Below, in pieces: positions 36,755 through 44,275 of a DNA stretch of 44,275 bases (position 1 is the stretch's first letter; each line of letters starts with the position of its first letter). Made by a program: the position numbers and the translations under genes. The stretch spans positions 28,586,667 to 28,630,941 of the forward strand of contig JBOZIK010000001.1 in the NCBI GenBank assembly GCA_051453625.1. Reading direction: 5' to 3'. This DNA comes from Welwitschia mirabilis. Its lineage: Eukaryota. Below the pieces are notes generated by a model. That model saw nothing but the letters and a program-made list of their open reading frames with translations, was not told where the DNA came from and searched no databases.

Positions 36755-37103
36755 AGAGGGGTGGATTGGTGTAACCCCCATCTTTATATTTAGCATTTAT
36801 TATTACTTTCATATTTGCGGGGGTGGAGTAATGTAACCTTCATCTTTATATTTAGCCATTATTGTTATTTCAATAATAAGGGGGTTAGATTGGTGTAACT
36901 CCCACTTTTATATTTCAGCATTTATTATTAATTCCCTATTTTTCTTTAATTCCACATTGTTTTGGGATTTTGGTTAAACGGGCTTATCTCCTATTAACAA
37001 GTACATCATAGACTATTGTAGACAACAATTTTTTAAAATAGAAGTTATACAAAATTCTCTCTCCCTTTAAGGGTTTTCTTTGAATACTTTTCATGTTGCG
37101 TTA
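36704..37103 (+). repeat. 3' LTR of the CRM-like element (400 bp), with three ~55-60 bp internal sub-repeats
   Basis: Preceded by purine tract aagtggaggaaac. Starts TG, ends tta (from tca). Three copies of gggg..gag/ttggtgtaacccccatctttatattt. About 28 mismatches over the last 181 bp against the 5' LTR (hand count). Confidence 0.9.
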
Positions 37104-39942
37104 ATAAAGCATCCATAGAAAGTTGTTAAGAGGTGAAGAAGTGATGAACTATAGATGATAGCAAGTGATGCTAAATAATCCCCCATAGGTTAAGACAAGA
37201 ATAGAGGTTAAAAGTATAAGGAGGAGTGCCCTATGACCAAAGTGTCTTGGAATTTTAGTTTTGATAAGGTAATGCCTCCATCATATGGTATAAGAGCTAA
37301 AAGATCAGTTACAAAATGGAGTTTAAGGATGAGCTCATTATTAAGATGACCCAGTTGATGTAAGAGCATCCACATAGAGTTGTAGGACATGGAAATATTT
37401 TGAGTCATAGAAGATAATAAGTGATGATGAATAATCACACATTAGTTGAGAGAAGAATAGAAGTAAAAAATATAAGTAGGGGTGCCTTACCAGAAAAGTG
37501 CTTGGGTGTTTTGGGTTGGATTGTATACTAACTACATCATGATGTTAATGTAGAAGAGATTTATAGATATGGTCTATGAAGTGTTTTTGTTTTAGATTTG
37601 TTATCTTTAACTATGCAAAAATAAATTGGAAGTATAATTTATAAAGTATTTATTAAACAAAAAGCCATAAATTTAACTAGTTGTGGTAAAAGAAGAGATG
37701 CAACATTATATGTACTTCAATGTGATCACATATCTTTGTGTGCTATAATTGATATAACTCCCAATTGACATAATCTATTCAAATACTTCTTGGTTAGGTA
37801 CATATTCCAATTAAAATAGTACACTATTCCATTTAATGTGGATACTAACAAAGACAAACAAAGAAAGAATAAAAAAGATGCTAAAAAAATTTCTAAGTAT
37901 TTTTAGATAAATAACTAAAAAGGATCAACATAATAAATCAATTCCATTAGAACTCAAGAAATATTTTCCTTTTTGTTTGAAAGATATCATTTATAAAAAG
38001 AAAAAGAAATAAAAAATGAACATACTATTTGATTGAAATGATTTTTCTTATAGTAATAAGGAAATAAATGTTATTTTACCAACAAGTTAGAATATTGAAA
38101 AACTTCATCAAACTATGTCTAATTTTTAAACTATGTCTAGGTAATATTTTGATTTGAAATGGTTTAAGCTTGAGATAGCATTCCAATTTACAATGAATCT
38201 TCTGATTTTTTTTTAAAATAAATTCTCCTTTATTTACCTTTTGTCTTCTTTCAACACTTCTCTTAGCAAAGAGATTATTGTGAGAGAATGTTTACAACAT
38301 TTTAAATAGGTTTCAAAAGGTTATGTTTACACATGGTTTATGTTGTATAGGTTTAGTATGAATAGAAAATCTCCTGCATTCCCTTTTCATTTATTTTCTT
38401 CTCTTTTTATGTTTATTTTGATTCTTTTTTTCTTATGGTACATTACATTTTGTTGTTTTTCACTATTAGTAGTTTGACTTTTTTGTATATCTATAATAAG
38501 AATGGTCATGCAGGATTATGAAAACTACATTATGAAGAAAGAAAAACAAGAAAATGACATTAAAGCTTTGGCATATGAAGGCTAAAGCATTAAAAATGAG
38601 AAGTACATCGTGTTTTTTCTAAAATTTATCAAATACTTAAAGTTTAAAGGCTTTGGACATTAAAACCAAATAGCCAAAGTAAGATCACAACTAGTAAGAT
38701 ATAGTAATTAATGACATTATAATGTGATAAGATGTAGTATTAGAAATTTACCCATCGAAAGGAGTGATTATTTGTAAACTAAAAAACTAGTTTATGATAA
38801 TGGCATACATATAGGATTTTTTTCAAAAGGAATAAAATTTATATCTAGAGAGATGAAATCTAAGATGAGTACACTTTAGAGTTCCTAAAGTTATACATTA
38901 GTACTAATGAGGTGAAGAAGAATGATAAAAGCCTACCAACTTACCTAAATAGATTGTGATGAATAATGAAGGATAAGCATTTTTATTTTTTTCATTTTTT
39001 ATTAATCCTTCACTAAAAACATAAGTTTCACAGTTAACAAGGCATATAAAATAGAAGTATACAAGTAAGATAGCTAATCCAAAGGCTTTAGAAAAAGTTA
39101 AACAAAAGTAAAGATAGAAATCACATCCATTAAGGTGTATGTTAGAGAATGTTAGAGGAAAAAAATGAAATAACTAAAGCATCCAAATACGAAATAGCAA
39201 GAAAAGTCATCATAACAATGGAGGATTGAAAGGAAAGAAATTCTAATTTGTTAATATTAGATGAAAGAAGTTTGAATGCTTATAAGTAGAGAACATGATA
39301 AGCATGAGAAGGAGTACATAGAATATTTAATAGAGAATCCAGAACAATGATAATGGATCATATGTATTTAGCTTTAAGTAAGGAATTAAAAAAAAAAATT
39401 TAACTTCCCTTTTAAAGATGAAAAGGATCAAAAACCTAGCGTGATAAGAGCTCTTATTGGAAAACAAGAATACATGGAACTATCTCATAGATAAATGGAT
39501 GAAATTATGATAAAAATAAACAAGTTTTAGTTTTAGGCTTTTTGTAACAATTAAAACTTAATAAGCACTAAAGAAACCTTTTGTAGTATTATAAGGGCAA
39601 GAGTTTTATGCATTCCTATATTTGTATTATTCCTATTGTGTTAAAGAGGGTAAGTCTTATTTGTTTACTTGCATTTTTACTATTACATTTACAAAGTAAT
39701 TTGTGTTTACATTAATAAACTTTTTCCCTCCTCTTCTAATAAGAAAGATGAATCTTCATTTTTCCTAAACATAGACATATTCCTAAGCCACACAAATATA
39801 CTTACATTTTATTTTCATACCTTTTTTTCTTACTATTCCATACTTCTCTATGTCTTTTTGATGATGTACTTTGGTATATTCTATTATTAGATCAATGAAT
39901 GTCTTTTTACTTTTATTTCAATTCATACTAGAAAAGGTAGTT

Positions 39943-41330
39943 ATGGAAGATGGAATCAAAATAACCAATAGTGTTTTAAATGTGAAGTTCAAGATAAAGA
40001 CATTTAACCAAAAAATAACTTGAGTATATGGTAAAGAAAAGTAAGGGATCTACTAATTTGATAAGTATAGAAAAAGCTACTATTAAGAAAGGAAAACATG
40101 TCCTAAACCATTTCTACTAAACAGTGGAAGGTTTTAAGGCTTAAAGAACTAGCAGTTTTGAGTCTTACAAATTTGGTTTTATATAGCTTAGTACACAAAA
40201 TCTTTATTATTACATTTTGGGAAATGTTCAAGGGGTTTTAGATAAATCAAGAATCTAACAAATATGTTATGCCTATAATGAAAGCTCTATGACTTCAAGG
40301 TCAAGAAAAGGATATTTATTATGAATAAATTAAATGCTCTTAATAAGTTGAATTATGAATTACTAAACATTAACATGAAAATAAAAGAAAAAGATCAAGC
40401 TTTTATCATCATTAAATATTTTATTTTATTCTACAAACTCTATTGATGATGTTACTTTATGGAAATGACACCACAAATATCAACATACTGATTATGATAC
40501 TTCTTTAAGAGACATATGAAAACTAATCTAATAATGTCTTCTTGAAATACTTGATGACAATAGAATGCTTGATAGAAAATGATCTAATCATAGATAATAT
40601 AGATATAGTTTGAGATATAGGAAAAACATAATAAAAAGATAAGAAATTCTCCCACTATCATAAAAATGGATATTCAAGAAGAAGTGTTAGAGACTTAAAT
40701 AAAAATAAAGTAAAAAAGAAAAACATGATTTTACAAGAATTATGTTACAATAATTATGTGAACAAAAAGTAATAAATAATGAAAATTCTAATACTAAAGG
40801 AAGAAATAAACACATTCAAAACTCAATACATAGCTCTATTTGAAATTATTTTTCTTAAGAATTATTAAGAGTGCATAATCTTTTATGGCCTTTGTTAACA
40901 AGAAATCAAAGAAGATATGGGGTTTATTATTAAAAGAAATATTTTATCATTTTTAAGATTTCAAATGAACAAAATCATGGGTGGATAGGAATATTTGGGA
41001 AAAGATTGACTTCTTGAAGATAGACTATGAAAAAGATTAGATCTCAAAAAGAGTTTAAATAATACTACTTTTCTAAATGAATAATGCGTATCTTATAATT
41101 GTTAAAAGTTCACAAAAAACTAGTATCATTATTAAAAAAAAGTCATAGTTATAATAATAATGAAAAAATAATAAATCAGGAAAAAGTACAAAAATAGGAA
41201 TAACATAAGAAAATGGATAAAGCACCAAGATTCATAGGGTAAAGCCCTTAAAATAAAGGAAACTATATATGAGAAAAGAAATAGCTTTATTATTTATTAA
41301 GAAAATGGATTTTCTACCATATAAAGTGGA
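39943..41330 (+). pseudogene. Highly decayed copia (Tork/Tnt1-like) gag and integrase traces
   Basis: VKFKIKTFN..NNLSIW*; NLTNMLCL**KLYDFK; LNALNKLNYELLNINMKIKEKDQAFI; LMMLLYGNDT; weak integrase-like traces at 40900-41150. Confidence 0.6.
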
Positions 41331-42133
41331 ATAACCTTAGCCATTTATATCGGATTAGGGCTTCAATGCAAGTTAATATTTAAATTCAAAATCTCATGTT
41401 AGGTTTAATTACAAAATGTAAATAATCTAAGTAATAGATAGTCTTCTTTTTCAAATTTTTAATGTAACATATAAATTAAACAAAATAGTTAGTCTAAACC
41501 CTAGTAATCGTTCACTTGATAAATTTTCCTTCTTTATTTCTACAAAGAAACAAGAATACCAATGTAATATCAAACATCAAAATCATGTTGTAGCTAGGAA
41601 TATTGAGGTAAGCAATCATTAGTAAGATTAAAGAATCCTTTTTCAGACTATGAATTAAACCATATAGTATTACAAGCTAAAAATAAAATTAGAGAAATAA
41701 ATAAGGGTTCATTGAAATGGATAAAATGATGGAAAATAAAATTTTCAAAATTAAAGAAAATCTTGTATAAAAGTCCAATAAAACTACTCAAAGTAAATAA
41801 AATTTTTAAATAGTAAACAAAATCATGCATGATTATTTTACTAATATAAAATATTTCTATGTAATTCCATAGGATTTAAAACTATGAAAACATTTTTCTT
41901 TGTATAAAAAAATTTCTTTTATAGGAATCTACTTTATATTAAAACTAAGAAGGGAAAATAGAATTTAATAGCATAGTAGAATAATTTTTTTCTTTTTGAA
42001 ATGTCTTATATATAAGCTTATTATCTATACATAGGTAAAATATTATGTATTTTAAGAAAACATCTAAAACCAAAAATGAGTAAAGAAAAGACATACAAGA
42101 AAACTAGTTATATATTTTAACTAAGGAAAAACT

Positions 42134-43481
42134 TGTTAGATTATATTTGCCAATTAATGTCAAACTAATTCCTCTAGTGTAGTGCAAATTTGTTAGATAT
42201 CATGTGCAGCTAAGTTTGAGGTATGCAGGTAAAAGATGTAAACCAAATGCACAAAAGGACTGCTAAGTTATTTACCTCTAGTAGGGGTCAACCAGATCCT
42301 AGAGGGGTCAACCACACCTGAATTAAACACAACAGAAATGAACTGAATCCAAAGGGGTCAACTAGATCCTAGAGGATTTTACCAGACCTGTGATCTAAAG
42401 AACCAATAGTCCTAAACCAAGAGGAATGGGGTCAACCAGATATTTATGGATTCAACCAGATTTAAGAAGCAGACAGTCAAGTCCTAAACCAAAAGAAAAG
42501 GGATCGACTGGACCCAAGATGGAGTCAACCGAGTCTAAGAAGCTAAAAAAGTCCATAGTTCCACACTGAGAGAAAAGGAATTGACCAGACCCAGGATGGA
42601 ATCGACTGAGTTCCTATGGAGTTGACTAAATATTTGTGGGGTTGATTGGATCATGTGGAAAAGTAAATTATGTATATGTTATGTATCTATTATCTAGTCA
42701 TTACCTAGCTATTTTCTAGTTGTTTATAGCCATTGGAGGTACAATTCAATTGTATCAAACCATAGTAACCCCTCATTATAAATACCTAGGCAAGAGATAA
42801 CCTAGAGATCATTTGGCATATTTTCAAATTGGTATATTCATTGTAGATCTGAAAGATCAATAAGAATATTGTATTGGAATATCTATTATACTAATTCATA
42901 TTTGATTGAGGAGATTTATTCTTGGATTAGGAAATCACTAAGAATTAGATCTAAGAACATCATCACTGTATTTAATTGGAGAAGATCTTCATTCTATGTA
43001 CTAATACTAAACAAGTAATATCAGAGCTACAAAGGCTTCATTGAATTACTTCTATTCATTATCAAAGGTTGAGACATAGCTTACAAAAGTTCATTATCAA
43101 AGGTTAAGACTTAACCTACAAAAGACCATTGTTAAGATTGAAACTTAGCCTATAAAAGTTTACTTATAAGGGTTAACAGATGAGCCTGGCAAAATCTGTG
43201 AAGTAATAAAGATCCAGGAACAAGCTTGGAAGAAGCTGATCATCAAGAGTGGAGTAGGGGAATTCCAAACCACTATAAATATTACATGCATCCAAACTGG
43301 TAGTTTCTATTTTATGGTTTACATTCTATTTCTATTTATTCTTTGTATGCATGGTTGTAATTTTATTATTCATTTATATGCAATCTATGATTAGAATCTG
43401 TTAAGTTATTTTGAGCTTGAAGTTTTTGTAAAAGAATCTATTCACCCCCTCTTCCCTCCTCTAAGATTCTCGATCCTATTG
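42134..43481 (+). repeat. 5' LTR of a second Sirevirus-like copia (~1.35 kb)
   Basis: Starts TGTTAG; cluster of ggtcaaccaga/atcgactg motifs at 42283-42650; TATA ttataaata at ~42777; ctattcaccccct..ctaag near the end, followed by a PBS. Shares blocks such as tggagtagggg..aaccactataaa with the 21116 LTR. Confidence 0.85.
43056..43160 (+). repeat. ~35-bp tandem repeat x3 inside the LTR
   Basis: ttcattatcaaaggttgagacatagcttacaaaag / ttcattatcaaaggttaagacttaacctacaaaag / accattgttaagattgaaacttagcctataaaag. Confidence 0.8.
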
Positions 43482-43483
43482 TT

Positions 43484-43495
43484 TGGTATTAGATC
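43484..43495 (+). other. Degenerate tRNA-iMet PBS
   Basis: tggtattagatc, two mismatches to TGGTATCAGAGC, between the LTR and gag. Confidence 0.7.
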
Positions 43496-43547
43496 ATAGG
43501 TTAGTCTTTAAGAGATCTTTACAAATCTAGATTTAAGAACCCTAAAA

Positions 43548-44275
43548 ATGAGTAACCTAACTAATGGATTTTTAACTGGACATCCACCCATGTTCAATGG
43601 TTTAAACTTTTCCTATTGAAAAGCTAGGATGAGGATTTTTCTTAGATTCCTAGATGTCAATGTAGAAGAGGTTATCTATAAAGTTCATACTATGCCTATG
43701 ATAGCATAGATAGATGCAAATGGAAATACTATCTTGGTTTCCAAACCTAAAGACTAATGGACTCCCACAGATAAAACCAAAGCCACAATAGATGTCCATG
43801 CTCTTAATGCTATTTTTTGTGCAGTATGTGTAGATAATTTAAAAGGATTATGAATTGTAACCTTGAAAAAGAAACTTGGGATATTTTGGAATTTGCATAT
43901 TAAGGAACATCCATTATCAAACAAGCCAAACTACAAATGCTTATTTTTAGATTTGAAGAAATTCATATGGATGATGAAAAAACATTATAGGAATTTTTTG
44001 CTAGACTTAAAGATATAGTAAACTTAATGGAAAGCCTTGGAGAATGTATGAAAGAAAGCAAAGTGGTAAGGAAAGCGCTAAGATGCCTACTTAAGAGATT
44101 TGAACTGAAAGCCATCAAAAAAAGCAAACATTAATGCGATGGTATTGATAGAACTTCAAGGTAACTTTCAAACCTATAAACTTAAATTTACTAAAGATAA
44201 AAGAAAAAGTATTGCTTTGAAATATATGTAGGAGAATTACAGATCTGATAGATCAGATGAAGAACTTAACAATGA
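43548..44275 (+). pseudogene. Copia gag (UBN2-type), runs off the window end
   Basis: MSNLTNGFLTGHPPMFNGLNFSY*KARMRIFL...KETWDILEFAY*GTSIIKQAKLQMLIFRFEEIHMDDEKTL*EFFARLKDIVNLMESLGE...VVRKALRCL. Confidence 0.9.

Larger units (their letters stand above)
27927..37103 (+). mobile_element. Ty3-gypsy chromovirus, CRM-clade-like, full-length but inactive, with a nested insert in gag
   Basis: Homologous LTRs (5' starts tgacctagaatgtattgctagt at 27927; 3' starts tgatgtggaacatattgctagt at 36704). iMet PBS, PPT at 36691-36703, gene order gag-PR-RT-RH-INT, flanks acgaa/ataaa. Confidence 0.9.

Overview
AT-rich, strongly CpG-depleted plant genomic DNA from a draft assembly with several N gaps. It looks like repeat-dense, probably pericentromeric, heterochromatin. 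Most of the window is old, stop-riddled transposon debris: two Athila/Tat-type Ty3-gypsy integrase remnants, two related Sirevirus-like Ty1-copia elements (a 5'-truncated copy with its 3' LTR, and a 5' LTR+PBS+gag running off the window end), a decayed Tork/Tnt1-like copia and a CACTA terminus. It also holds one structurally complete but dead CRM-type chromovirus (27927-37103). The gag of that element is interrupted by a ~3.8 kb insert that carries a decayed PIF1-like helicase fragment of non-canonical (Helitron2/Helentron-like) type and ends in a ~330 bp fold-back. One likely intact host gene sits in a CpG-retaining island on the minus strand: a predicted two-exon, 214-aa protein with two C2H2 zinc fingers. 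All calls come from manual translation and motif recognition; no database search was run. I found no clearly new biological system; the helicase-bearing insert and the atypical zinc-finger gene are the best leads.
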